The notes under the pieces were generated by a model that did not search any database, was not told the origin of the DNA, and was given only the letters and a program-made list of their open reading frames with translations. This document shows positions 1 to 8,997 of a DNA stretch of 36,671 nucleotides, piece after piece. The translations under genes were made by a program, and so were the position numbers. Source of the DNA: a virus; UHGV virus genome UHGV-0271399. One strand, written 5' to 3'. Each line of letters begins with the position of its first letter. Within the stretch, counting starts at the first letter, position 1.

Positions 1-615
1 GATAGCCTCATCAATAATAAGGCTTTATGCTAGATGCATTCTGCTTTGCGACTCAACCTTTTTCACCTAAAGGATGACAAAATCACATAAATAATTTAAA
101 AATCATAGCATTAGATTACTTAATGATTAAATAATAGACTGCAAAACGCGACAAAACACATCATATCCAGTCACTATGAATCAACTACTTAGATAGTATT
201 AGTGACCTGTAACAGAGCATTAGCGCAAGGTGATTTTTGTCTTCTTGCGCTAATTTTTTGTCGTAAAATCGGTAACGGCTGGAAATCATTCAATACTCGC
301 ACTATCGAAAGTTCGCCAGCCAGCCGCAGCACGTTCTTGTATACGACGTGGCTGCGGCTTTAACTCCCGCCAGCTCCACCACTTTTGATAGGACTGCAAC
401 CGGACAGCGGCAATAAAATCAGCCAATTACGGACACTGACCAGACAGTGCGCAGACCGAGAAAAGACAAAAATATGCACGTGAAATGCACGTGCACTTTA
501 AAAGAACCCCAGATCTCACGGTCTGAGGTTTTTCTATTTGTAATTAAGGGTAACAAAAACATGTCCCTTTCTCGCGCTGCGCTCGCCTTGACACTGTTTA
601 TTTTTACAGTAAAAA

Positions 616-635
616 TACTGTATACAACCACAGTG
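616..635 (+). promoter_or_regulatory. LexA (SOS) box upstream of dinI-like gene
   Basis: CTGT-N8-ACAG at 618-633 (TACTGTATACAACCACAGTG), about 20 nt upstream of GGAGG RBS and ATG at 653. Confidence 0.6.
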
Positions 636-652
636 GTTTTCCGGAGGCTTTT

Positions 653-919
653 ATGTTCGTTGAACTGGTTTATGACAAGCGAAATGTAGAGGGGCTCGAA
701 GGGGCCAGAGAAATTATTCTGGCAGAGCTGACGAAACGAGTGCACCAGATCTTCCCTGATGCCGAAGTAAGGGTGAAGCCGATGCAGGCGAACGGCTTGA
801 ATAGCGATGCCAGTAAAAGCGATCGGGAAAAGCTGAACCGCATGCTGGAGGATATGTTTGAAGAGGCCGATATGTGGCTGGTATCTGAGTTCCCGACAGT
901 TCGCCAAGTTGGGCTGTAA
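653..919 (+). CDS. dinI: DinI-like DNA damage-inducible protein
   Basis: 88 aa; small acidic protein with DinI-family hallmarks (AELTKR...FPDAEV...WLVSE); GGAGG RBS; LexA box upstream. Confidence 0.7.
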   Translation: MFVELVYDKRNVEGLEGAREIILAELTKRVHQIFPDAEVRVKPMQANGLNSDASKSDREKLNRMLEDMFEEADMWLVSEFPTVRQVGL

Positions 920-1145
920 AATTGTGCAGGCTGCCAGCCTAAACATTTACCGGCAGCCTGCATCATGTCTATCCACTACCTACCGGGAATTTTCGGTAGA
1001 GTGTCGAAACGCCGACGTCGTAAATGATTGCCACACGCTGGCACGTTTCCCCCGCCTTCCTCACAACCTTTCGATTCTGAAACTCTATACCTAAAATACA
1101 ATTAAAGTTAAAATGCTTTCTAACATCGTTAAGTGAGATTATCAG

Positions 1146-2171
1146 ATGAATTCATCAAAAAACAAAATGGATGGCATCACCATATTGCGGTTCTTTGCTG
1201 CATTTTATGTATTTATTTTTCATATCAATATGCGAGCCCCAGTTGACTTTGGTTCTCATTTAAATAAAACCATTTCAAACGGGGCAATAGGAATGAGCAT
1301 ATTCTTTATGCTTTCTGGATTTGTCCTTACATACAATTATTATGATTCTCAGTTGCTTGATTACTTTAAAAAAAGAATAGCAAGAATTTACCCAGCTTAT
1401 TTATGCTGCGGAATTATATCATTCCCATTTCTTTTTACTGACAATTTAACCTCAGGGCAAATTATATCATGCTTAGTCCTATATTTAGTATGTATGCAGG
1501 CATGGATATACCAATCATTCAGCCTGTGGAATTTTGGTGGAACCTGGTCAGTATCAGTTGAGATGTTTTTTTATTCTTTATTCCCTTATATACTAAAGAT
1601 AATAAATAAAGACAACTTGATTTTCATAACACTTTTTGCATACGGTTTTTCTGCTGTGCTTGTTCCAATTTCTCTGATTATTGGTGGGCCAACCGTGGGT
1701 TCCGTTTACTACGCCACTCCGATTTTTAGGCTTCCTGAATTTATTGTCGGAATATGTGCAGCCATGTATTTCATAAATGGGAAAAGAATAAATAATATTA
1801 CTTTTTATATTTCTGTGACTATGTTTTTTTATGCTACCACACTATCCGATGTTAACATGGATACAAACTACTTAATAATACCAACACTTGCATTAATTAT
1901 ATGTTATTTGGGAAACCTAGAAATAACCAAAAACATATTAACATCTTGCCTTATTTATTTGGGTGACATCAGCTATTCATTTTATTTGATGCAGCTGCCA
2001 TTGCTAATGTATCTGGACAGAAATCCAGATACATTCTTAAGAACTCACGGTATTGCTAGTTGGATACTTGTCTTTTTGTTAAATCTTGCAATGGCTATGT
2101 TGTGTTGGCATTTCATAGAGAAAAATTCGATATTGAGGTCCTTATTTTTAAGAAAGGAAGCACGAGCCTAA
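1146..2171 (+). CDS. Acyltransferase family 3 integral membrane protein (O-antigen O-acetyltransferase-like lysogenic conversion gene)
   Basis: 341 aa, multi-TM, N-terminal ILRFFAAF...FH and FFMLSGF motifs typical of acyltransferase_3; strongly AT-rich; sits next to tail fibre/Tfa genes on the opposite strand. Confidence 0.7.
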   Translation: MNSSKNKMDGITILRFFAAFYVFIFHINMRAPVDFGSHLNKTISNGAIGMSIFFMLSGFVLTYNYYDSQLLDYFKKRIARIYPAYLCCGIISFPFLFTDNLTSGQIISCLVLYLVCMQAWIYQSFSLWNFGGTWSVSVEMFFYSLFPYILKIINKDNLIFITLFAYGFSAVLVPISLIIGGPTVGSVYYATPIFRLPEFIVGICAAMYFINGKRINNITFYISVTMFFYATTLSDVNMDTNYLIIPTLALIICYLGNLEITKNILTSCLIYLGDISYSFYLMQLPLLMYLDRNPDTFLRTHGIASWILVFLLNLAMAMLCWHFIEKNSILRSLFLRKEARA

Positions 2172-2182
2172 ATTAGGCTCTG

Positions 2183-2626
2183 TCACAATTTTTCTGGCGA
2201 AGTGGGCCAAATAATTTCTGGTGCTGTAGAAATATCTACAGCATACAATGTATCAAGATAATCTAGCCAAATACTATATCTTTCCAATTCTTCATCTTTT
2301 AGACGCCCAAGCGCCGCTTTACCCGGCCATTGTTTACCATTTATGTATTCATTAGCTTGATCAATCAGTGATTGTTTTTTTGAAACCGCCATAGCTTTTT
2401 GCTCTTCATGAGTGGGCGGAGGGATTTCTCCCCATGATGGCAATCCATCACCGCTCGATACTCTTATTTTTCCTGCTGGCGGGGAAACTGAATACTGGTT
2501 GAATATCTCATCGCTAATCCCAAGCGCATCGGAGGGCCATGAACCAGCCTGTTCATATCGCTTGCGAAGATCTGCTGGGTAAAAGCTATTCATTTTTGGA
2601 CTGTAATAATAGTTGTAATTCATCAT
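2183..2626 (-). CDS. tfa: Tail fibre assembly protein (Tfa)
   Basis: N-terminus MMNYNYYYSPKMNSFYPADL...AGSWP and C-terminal IIWPTSPE typical of Tfa chaperones; ATG at 2626 sits 1 nt after the fibre stop; track start 2683 is an upstream GTG. Confidence 0.7.
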   Translation of the reverse strand: MMNYNYYYSPKMNSFYPADLRKRYEQAGSWPSDALGISDEIFNQYSVSPPAGKIRVSSGDGLPSWGEIPPPTHEEQKAMAVSKKQSLIDQANEYINGKQWPGKAALGRLKDEELERYSIWLDYLDTLYAVDISTAPEIIWPTSPEKL

Positions 2627-2627
2627 A

Positions 2628-3383
2628 TCAAAACCCCTCAGCCATCCAACGTAATGATCTGTTATTGAAGAAAACTGAACCACCTGTGCTCAAAATAAAG
2701 ACTATCATTCTATTATTTTCAGGAACGATGGATATCTCAAATGGTGTTTGGTTCGGGACACCATCCTCAAATATAGCAAAACAATCAACACAACCATTCG
2801 GAAATGCAATTGGGAAATTGATTACAAGGGAGTTTCCCGTACCATCAGGTGCCGTGACTTTCCCACCCTGTTTAATCAGCAATCCCGGCCCTTTTGAAAC
2901 AAATGAATTTATTGTTCCATTAAATGAAAACCCTAGATTGTTCTGCGCTGCACCTGCATCCGGGCTACCAATAACAGTGCGGCCAATATCCGTTAGACCA
3001 GTCAGGGCCATGGTGTCATTGCCATTGAAATATGGCAATTTATTAGCTGCACCCGTTAGTGATGCCAGTGCCGTCAGCGTGGCATCAAGCGCCTGGAAAT
3101 CCTTACCGAACGCGGTGGTCATTTTGATAATGAACCCGTTCAGATCACCATCATCAAGTACATCCAGCCCGCTTTTGTTGGCGGTGTACTGCGCCAGCGC
3201 TGCCGCGATAAAGCTGGCCTGCCGAATAGCCTTGTTGACTTGCGCACTGGATGCTTTCCCTGCTGTAAATCCGGATAAAAGCGCAGGCAACGCTTCCCAT
3301 TCCTCCTGCGACATAACATTGGCATTTTTACCCGTTGCAAACGCTTTAAAGTCATTTTTCGCCATCAGAGTAATACTCCCCAT
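2628..3383 (-). CDS. Tail fibre protein (short)
   Basis: 251 aa Gly/Asn/Thr-rich protein immediately upstream of Tfa; alternative coupled start at 3365 (TGATG overlap with upstream gene). Confidence 0.6.
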   Translation of the reverse strand: MGSITLMAKNDFKAFATGKNANVMSQEEWEALPALLSGFTAGKASSAQVNKAIRQASFIAAALAQYTANKSGLDVLDDGDLNGFIIKMTTAFGKDFQALDATLTALASLTGAANKLPYFNGNDTMALTGLTDIGRTVIGSPDAGAAQNNLGFSFNGTINSFVSKGPGLLIKQGGKVTAPDGTGNSLVINFPIAFPNGCVDCFAIFEDGVPNQTPFEISIVPENNRMIVFILSTGGSVFFNNRSLRWMAEGF

Positions 3384-4045
3384 GCTCCTACATCAAAACC
3401 ACTGATGAATTCGTTATCCATATCAAAACCAAAAAATTTTGAGCCTTCCGATGGGGTTTCCACCGAAGGTGTTTCAATGCCACCCGCCCATACCCCGGCG
3501 GCTTTTACTGTGAGATACCCCTGTTTAATTGCCGCAATTAACTCACGCGATACATCTGAAATATCAGTATCAGGAAAGACCCAGACCGATATCGTCATGT
3601 CCTGGTTATCGACTATCTGCATTCGCAGCCCGGATCCTGCTGTTGCCGCGTCAAGAATTGCCGGAAGCGAATCATTCCGTCCGTCCCAGTTATTAATCGC
3701 AATCTTCGCTTTAAGAATGACACGATAAGTTTCATCGCTGAGATACATGTATCCAGAATCAGGATCATATGGCCCCTGCCATACACCCTGATCATATCCA
3801 AGCCCGTCGGTATCCCAGCTGAAATAGACACCTGAAATAGGCTGGCTGACAACACGGCTACGTCCGATCCACAATCCCAGAATGTCAAGTTGCATACCAA
3901 CCGCAGAGTCAATATCAAATGCAGTAATCAGCCCTCTGGTGGCAGCCGCAACATCAATAAGTGGCCGGGTCATCAGATCAACATGCGCAAGAAATTTAGG
4001 TTTGGTGGCGTGATGGTTTGTGATTAGTTCGGTGTATTTGCTCAT
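3365..4045 (-). CDS. Baseplate wedge / fibre-attachment protein (Mu gp48 / P2 gpI-like)
   Basis: 226 aa; position between baseplate J and tail fibre; ATGA overlap with gpJ-like stop. Confidence 0.5.
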   Translation of the reverse strand: MSKYTELITNHHATKPKFLAHVDLMTRPLIDVAAATRGLITAFDIDSAVGMQLDILGLWIGRSRVVSQPISGVYFSWDTDGLGYDQGVWQGPYDPDSGYMYLSDETYRVILKAKIAINNWDGRNDSLPAILDAATAGSGLRMQIVDNQDMTISVWVFPDTDISDVSRELIAAIKQGYLTVKAAGVWAGGIETPSVETPSEGSKFFGFDMDNEFISGFDVGAWGVLL

Positions 4046-5241
4046 GATTCCACCGTTATAACGATATTTACCGGGGTACAGGACGCAGATTCGTTATATC
4101 TGATATCAATGTTTGATGACGACAAAGCCCCCGGGGATTTCCCAATCGTCAGTTCCTGAATATCGTAATAGCGTGCATTCCCGCCACTCACCACGCCAAG
4201 ATTCGCCGGTGAGTAAATGCGACTTAAAAGGACCGAATCACCGATCGTCAGACTATTGATATAGTCGGAAATAGCCTGCTGGATCTGCTGCCCTATCTGT
4301 GAGGTATAACCCGTAAAAACTTTTAATTTAATCCGGGCATAAACAGGTACATCACTGGAACGCGAGAATTTGATTACATGGGGATTGCCGTATTTATCCG
4401 GAACCGTAACGGATGTTGTACCGTGAGTGGCTGTCCCCTGGCCTTTATTCCCTCTGATAGCCTGAGCAATATCCGTCACATCACCGCCATCCACAATTAC
4501 AGCAACAGAGTGTGGCGGTAACCCGTTACCGTCCTCCGAACCAGTATCGTTTTCATAGAGTTTGTGGCGGGTTACACCGGTAACATTAGAAACAGCACCA
4601 TCCAGTGCTTCAAATGGGGTTATTGATGGCAATGCAACACTTTGCGACTGGCGGATACGTAACTCAGCATCAGTTTCTGCCGGAGAGCCAACAGTAGCCG
4701 CAGCAGGATTAGTTACCGAAACCCAGCCACGGGTTGGCGTATTAATTTCAGTGATAGTTCCAGCCAGCGCCGCCACTGCACCACTGACGGAACATGTTGC
4801 GGTCGCCATCACTGTACCATCCACGCCGACCACCACTGAAGCAGGCAAACGCCATATCACATTATTACTGTCTTTCACGCTGCCATTAATGATGGTTGTT
4901 CCGGCAGTTCCTGTAAGAAGCAAATCAACCGTAGAGTTCGTCGCGCCTTTACGTGAAATACCATTTATTTTCACGTTACTGGTCAGTGCAGCCCCATAGC
5001 CGGTTGCCGGTGAAAAACAGTTGTAGACAGTTATCGCCATATTATTGGCATCATGAATCGCCAGCGCCATCAGAGCCACCATCTGGCCGTCTTTGCTGTC
5101 CGGTTCGAGGTAGGCATCACTGCCATAAATCTGCTGAAAATAGCTAATCAGGGTGCTGAGTATCGTCTGATAATCAGGCGCACTGATCCCCTCCGCGGTT
5201 ACCTTTGCAGATAAACCGAGAGAATCAAGGTTCAGAGCCAT
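4042..5241 (-). CDS. Baseplate J-like protein
   Basis: 399 aa; size and position typical of gpJ/Mu gp47-like baseplate protein. Confidence 0.7.
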   Translation of the reverse strand: MALNLDSLGLSAKVTAEGISAPDYQTILSTLISYFQQIYGSDAYLEPDSKDGQMVALMALAIHDANNMAITVYNCFSPATGYGAALTSNVKINGISRKGATNSTVDLLLTGTAGTTIINGSVKDSNNVIWRLPASVVVGVDGTVMATATCSVSGAVAALAGTITEINTPTRGWVSVTNPAAATVGSPAETDAELRIRQSQSVALPSITPFEALDGAVSNVTGVTRHKLYENDTGSEDGNGLPPHSVAVIVDGGDVTDIAQAIRGNKGQGTATHGTTSVTVPDKYGNPHVIKFSRSSDVPVYARIKLKVFTGYTSQIGQQIQQAISDYINSLTIGDSVLLSRIYSPANLGVVSGGNARYYDIQELTIGKSPGALSSSNIDIRYNESASCTPVNIVITVES

Positions 5242-5594
5242 TACGCCTCCGATGTAACAGTCGTTATTCCATAGAGAGTGTCGATTTCAGCGGAAAACAT
5301 GACACGTCGGGTCGTGGTATCCACCGTCGTATTGAAAGAGAGGATTGATTTAACGCCCCGCGTTTCCAGAATGCGTTTTCTGATCGCCAGGTTGTAAGTT
5401 TCCGGTTTTTGCCTGCCCAGCACGGACTGGATCCACGGAGTCCCCTCGGTGGTGTCGAGAAACCATTGCCCATACCACAATTCGAATCGCGTTTTTACCG
5501 CCTGCGCCACGGCCTCCGGTGAGTTAATCAGCCAGGTGTCATCACCGCTGCCAAAGGTGTAATCGCCATCGGCGTCTTCACGTCTGTATCGCAT
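5241..5594 (-). CDS. Baseplate wedge protein (gp25/gpW-like)
   Basis: 117 aa; small protein directly upstream of gpJ-like gene. Confidence 0.5.
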   Translation of the reverse strand: MRYRREDADGDYTFGSGDDTWLINSPEAVAQAVKTRFELWYGQWFLDTTEGTPWIQSVLGRQKPETYNLAIRKRILETRGVKSILSFNTTVDTTTRRVMFSAEIDTLYGITTVTSEA

Positions 5595-6346
5595 CAGTTT
5601 ACCCCATCGGTATTGCTTCCACCGCGCTGAACACCGCCATGAGTGTGCGTATCATCGATTGGCTTGCCGTTAGCCTTAACGCTCCCCAAGAACTCAACAG
5701 CACCAGTGATTTTTGAAGCCACACCAGAAACAACAGACCCCACCATGCCCCCCATCCAGGTTAACAGGCCATGAATGGTTACTTTCTCAGAAAAATCAGC
5801 CAGAGGGGCAACCACATCAAGACCACCCGGGGCGACAATTTTAATTTTCCGGGTATCAGGATTAAGCTCAAAATAGGTGCTGCCGTCGTCACTACGCAAC
5901 TGTGTGACACTGGTATTAATACCGCTAATCTTCCTCGCCTGCGACTGGGGACCGACAATACAAAATGCATCCGATAAATCATGCATTCTGTCATCGACCG
6001 GCTCCTGTATCCCACCGCTCTGCCACCAGAAATCAATACAACGATCGGCAAAAACGACAAGACACTCATCCCCGGCTTTAACCGGAAAAGTCAACGTACA
6101 GCCTCCGCCGCGCGGAAATACCACTGGCACATCCACCAGCAACGGGTAATTTTTGGTAATGCGGTTACCGTCGTTATCCTTTTCAACCGAACGGATAGCT
6201 GGCTGCACAACCGCCGTCACCGCGTCGGGATCGAATGACTGAACAATGCCAGGCAAGGCGACACGGATCTGGTTCTTTGTTGTTTCCCGTTCAGATTTGA
6301 ATGTTTCGGCAAGGTCGCCGCTGCGGGTCTGGTCAGATACTGCCAT
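5594..6346 (-). CDS. Baseplate assembly protein V-like / central spike
   Basis: 250 aa; N-terminal OB-fold-like region (IRVALPGIVQSFDP...VPVVFP) resembling gpV/Mu gp45. Confidence 0.5.
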   Translation of the reverse strand: MAVSDQTRSGDLAETFKSERETTKNQIRVALPGIVQSFDPDAVTAVVQPAIRSVEKDNDGNRITKNYPLLVDVPVVFPRGGGCTLTFPVKAGDECLVVFADRCIDFWWQSGGIQEPVDDRMHDLSDAFCIVGPQSQARKISGINTSVTQLRSDDGSTYFELNPDTRKIKIVAPGGLDVVAPLADFSEKVTIHGLLTWMGGMVGSVVSGVASKITGAVEFLGSVKANGKPIDDTHTHGGVQRGGSNTDGVN

Positions 6347-6361
6347 TTAGTAGGCTCCAGA

Positions 6362-6388
6362 AAGCAAAAAACCCGCCGGGTGGCGGGT
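6362..6388 (-). terminator. Rho-independent terminator after membrane-protein moron
   Basis: minus-strand stem ACCCGCC/GGCGGGT with 4-nt loop followed by TTTTTT; 18 nt downstream of stop at 6406. Confidence 0.6.
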
Positions 6389-6405
6389 TCATTATTGAAG
6401 TTTCA

Positions 6406-6645
6406 TTACTGCTTGTTTGCTTCTAACGCTTCAGCTATTCGGCGAAGATACTCATTGTTTTTAAATGAAACCATGATGCACTCAAAGAATATTCGGCAAA
6501 ATACAGCACATAACAAAAGCACTAAAGCGCCAGCAGCCTTCCCATTAACAAACGTTATAATGGCGGCAACAACCAGAAGTAACATTGTGATGCCATACAG
6601 AACGTTGATGATTTTTGGAGTTATTAATTTATCAAATCCGAACAT
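6406..6645 (-). CDS. Small two-TM membrane protein (moron, unknown function)
   Basis: 79 aa, two hydrophobic helices; AAGGAA RBS; own terminator. Confidence 0.5.
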   Translation of the reverse strand: MFGFDKLITPKIINVLYGITMLLLVVAAIITFVNGKAAGALVLLLCAVFCRIFFECIMVSFKNNEYLRRIAEALEANKQ

Positions 6646-6698
6646 GCGACAAATTCCTTATCGTGAAAGTAGAAGTATCACATTATAATTACGAGTGA

Positions 6699-7040
6699 TT
6701 AATCAACAATCTTTTTGCATGGAAAGGAACCGATGATTTTCGGCGCATCCATGCTGTTCTGCAGCAGTTGGACATTAAGGAATCGCGTTTCGGTACCAGG
6801 GCGACGAATGTATTCAAAGCCGTAGTTGTTACCGTCTTTGGCAGGCATAAGCCCCATGTCTACTTTCAAACCATTGGTACCCAGTTCGGTGATTTTTTGA
6901 GAGGTAACTCTTTCACCGTTGATTGTCGATAACTCGCCCTGGTTTGCAACCATAGTGTAGCCACCGCATTTAACCGTGAAGCCATCCGCCCACGCGCTGC
7001 ACGCAGAAAAGACAGCTAACAGAAAAATAATACCCCTCAT
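6699..7040 (-). CDS. Secreted protein with signal peptide (moron, unknown function)
   Basis: 113 aa; N-terminal MRGIIFLLAVFSACSAWA signal peptide; AGGGG RBS; inserted between baseplate hub and spike genes. Confidence 0.55.
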   Translation of the reverse strand: MRGIIFLLAVFSACSAWADGFTVKCGGYTMVANQGELSTINGERVTSQKITELGTNGLKVDMGLMPAKDGNNYGFEYIRRPGTETRFLNVQLLQNSMDAPKIIGSFPCKKIVD

Positions 7041-7043
7041 TGC

Positions 7044-8105
7044 TCATCCCCTTTGCAAAGCCGATTGCGTATACAGATCCGCCGCGCCACGCGCTTCGCA
7101 CATCATATCCATGTACCACGCCTGGCCCCTTGTATCGCCAGTGTACATAATCCCGCGCACAATATAAACGCCATCCGTTGCGATGCTGGCAGGCTGCGAT
7201 GTGGTGCCGCTGAGCGTGATATTTCCGTCCGTGTTCTGGTCGGTGATCTGCCCGCCGGCCATCGCGATATGGTTGTTCGACAGCGCGGTGCGGAATACTG
7301 AAGCCTGATCCAGCTTAATGAGCCCGTTAACCCGGATGTTCGGGTTAATCAGCGCGCGGACGTTTACGCCGTTGCCGATAGTCTTCTGTGGCATACCGAT
7401 AAGCCCCGTGGCACTGTTGAGCACAATCGCGTCGTGAACATATTCGTTATTCGCCACCATCTGGCGCTGACCATCCACGAACTGCCATGTTGCGCCACAT
7501 TGTCCGGCCACGTTATCCATAAGATGACGTGTCATGCCGAATAGCACCCGGCCCCGGGGGAAAACGGTAGCAGGCATTTCAGGCGTCAGACCTTCAGTCG
7601 CGCCTTTGGCCTCGAAGTCTTTCATCAGCGCGCGATTCACGTCTGCGACCGTATAACCGGCCGCCAGCGTCTGCGAAGTTATGCTGGTGGCAAAAGCCAG
7701 ATCCGTATCGGCAGCCTGAATCAGAACGTAAGAATCAATGGGGCTGTCTTTTCCTGTTACCGAGTAACGAATTTCGCCGCTGAAAATCATCCCATAGTTG
7801 CGGCCATCACTCTGGCCCACATCCGCCGCGTCGACTTCCCGCACGGTCCCGACGTCGCTGGCCGATACCTCCGGCGCGATACCGTCGTAACCCGCAATCA
7901 GACGCACTTTCGAAAACTCCTGCCCGGTGATTCGGTTCACAGTATCTGCCGAGAGGTTATAAATTTTGATAGTCCCTACCCGGGACGCACTGCTGATGTT
8001 GAACCAGTCGATCGTAAAGGTGACTTTAAAATCACTTAGCTCAATTCCCTGACCGTTCCCGTCCACAAGCTGCAGCTCGAAATGTCTCATCCAGTTCTGT
8101 GACAT
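7044..8105 (-). CDS. Baseplate hub protein (late control D / XkdQ-like)
   Basis: 353 aa; position after tape measure and small tail proteins. Confidence 0.5.
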   Translation of the reverse strand: MSQNWMRHFELQLVDGNGQGIELSDFKVTFTIDWFNISSASRVGTIKIYNLSADTVNRITGQEFSKVRLIAGYDGIAPEVSASDVGTVREVDAADVGQSDGRNYGMIFSGEIRYSVTGKDSPIDSYVLIQAADTDLAFATSITSQTLAAGYTVADVNRALMKDFEAKGATEGLTPEMPATVFPRGRVLFGMTRHLMDNVAGQCGATWQFVDGQRQMVANNEYVHDAIVLNSATGLIGMPQKTIGNGVNVRALINPNIRVNGLIKLDQASVFRTALSNNHIAMAGGQITDQNTDGNITLSGTTSQPASIATDGVYIVRGIMYTGDTRGQAWYMDMMCEARGAADLYTQSALQRG

Positions 8106-8107
8106 GC

Positions 8108-8410
8108 TTACTCCGTTGATACCAGTAAATGACTGCGACCGCCCAGGTCAGTTTTCGTGGGATAATCCTGTGTGTTGTCATCGCAGACCACCAACAGCTT
8201 AAAACCAAGCCCCATACAGGCGTACTGCGCCAGCAGATCAGCGCCAGTGACGAGAGGAATACCGGAGATTACCGGCTCCCCTCTGTCATTCAGCAGGTCC
8301 ATAATCCAGTAAAGATCGCGCCATATGATGCTAATCCGCCAGGTGACACCACCCAGGACGATGCTGAACTGCTGGTTGTCCGCTGTCAGCGGAATTTCCT
8401 GAATTGTCAT
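8108..8410 (-). CDS. Small tail/baseplate protein
   Basis: 100 aa; tightly packed in tail operon. Confidence 0.45.
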   Translation of the reverse strand: MTIQEIPLTADNQQFSIVLGGVTWRISIIWRDLYWIMDLLNDRGEPVISGIPLVTGADLLAQYACMGLGFKLLVVCDDNTQDYPTKTDLGGRSHLLVSTE

Positions 8411-8997
8411 TAGCCGCCCCCCAGTAATGACGCCACGTTACCCGTGATGCTTTTCAGCAGTGAAGTATCTGGAGGTTTTGTGGTTTTGTTGCCGCTGTTC
8501 TGTACCGCCGAGGTGCTGGCCCCTTCCTTCATATTGGTTTTATCCGCGACGGTAATCTGCTGTGTCCGGGAGATAAGGACCTCCCTCAGGGTAAGAACGG
8601 CGGACAGGATGTTTTCGGTTGTCTTGTCCGTCGTCACTTCCAGCGCCCGGATCAACATGTTGCTGTACAGTCGTTTACCGGTTACCACATCGAAGGGGAT
8701 ACGGCTTTCCTGCAGATCCAGTAGCTCCTGATACGTCTGCTGAGGACTCAGGCCGAGCAGGCTGGTAGCCGTCAGATTACTGGCAAAATCCAGCAATGCG
8801 CCGCCACCGGCGAAACCAACCTCCATCACCACTTCTGACGGTTTTTTATAGGCATGATCAGCGACAGCGGCCCCGACTTCTACCGGATGCTCGGTTATTT
8901 CAAGCATATCTGTATGCTTCTCTGAAATAACAACACTGGGAACAATTATTCCTATTTTTCTGCTCTGCTGATGAAAAAGTGTAGAGAGAATATCCAC
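8410..8997 (-). CDS. Tail protein downstream of tape measure
   Basis: 195 aa; GTG start overlapping tape-measure stop (TAGTG). Confidence 0.45.
   Translation of the reverse strand: MDILSTLFHQQSRKIGIIVPSVVISEKHTDMLEITEHPVEVGAAVADHAYKKPSEVVMEVGFAGGGALLDFASNLTATSLLGLSPQQTYQELLDLQESRIPFDVVTGKRLYSNMLIRALEVTTDKTTENILSAVLTLREVLISRTQQITVADKTNMKEGASTSAVQNSGNKTTKPPDTSLLKSITGNVASLLGGG

Noticed and set aside
1-650. Prophage attachment site or integrase at the left edge
   Set aside because: No lambda-type att core or tRNA-like sequence recognised; a lambda-type integrase, if present, would lie beyond the right end of the window
419-946. 175-aa minus-strand ORF spanning the dinI region
   Set aside because: Antisense to the dinI-like gene, which has an RBS and LexA box; Arg/Cys/His-rich low-complexity translation
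2539-3405. 288-aa plus-strand ORF inside tail fibre/Tfa genes
   Set aside because: Antisense to coherent tail fibre and Tfa genes; composition typical of a shadow ORF
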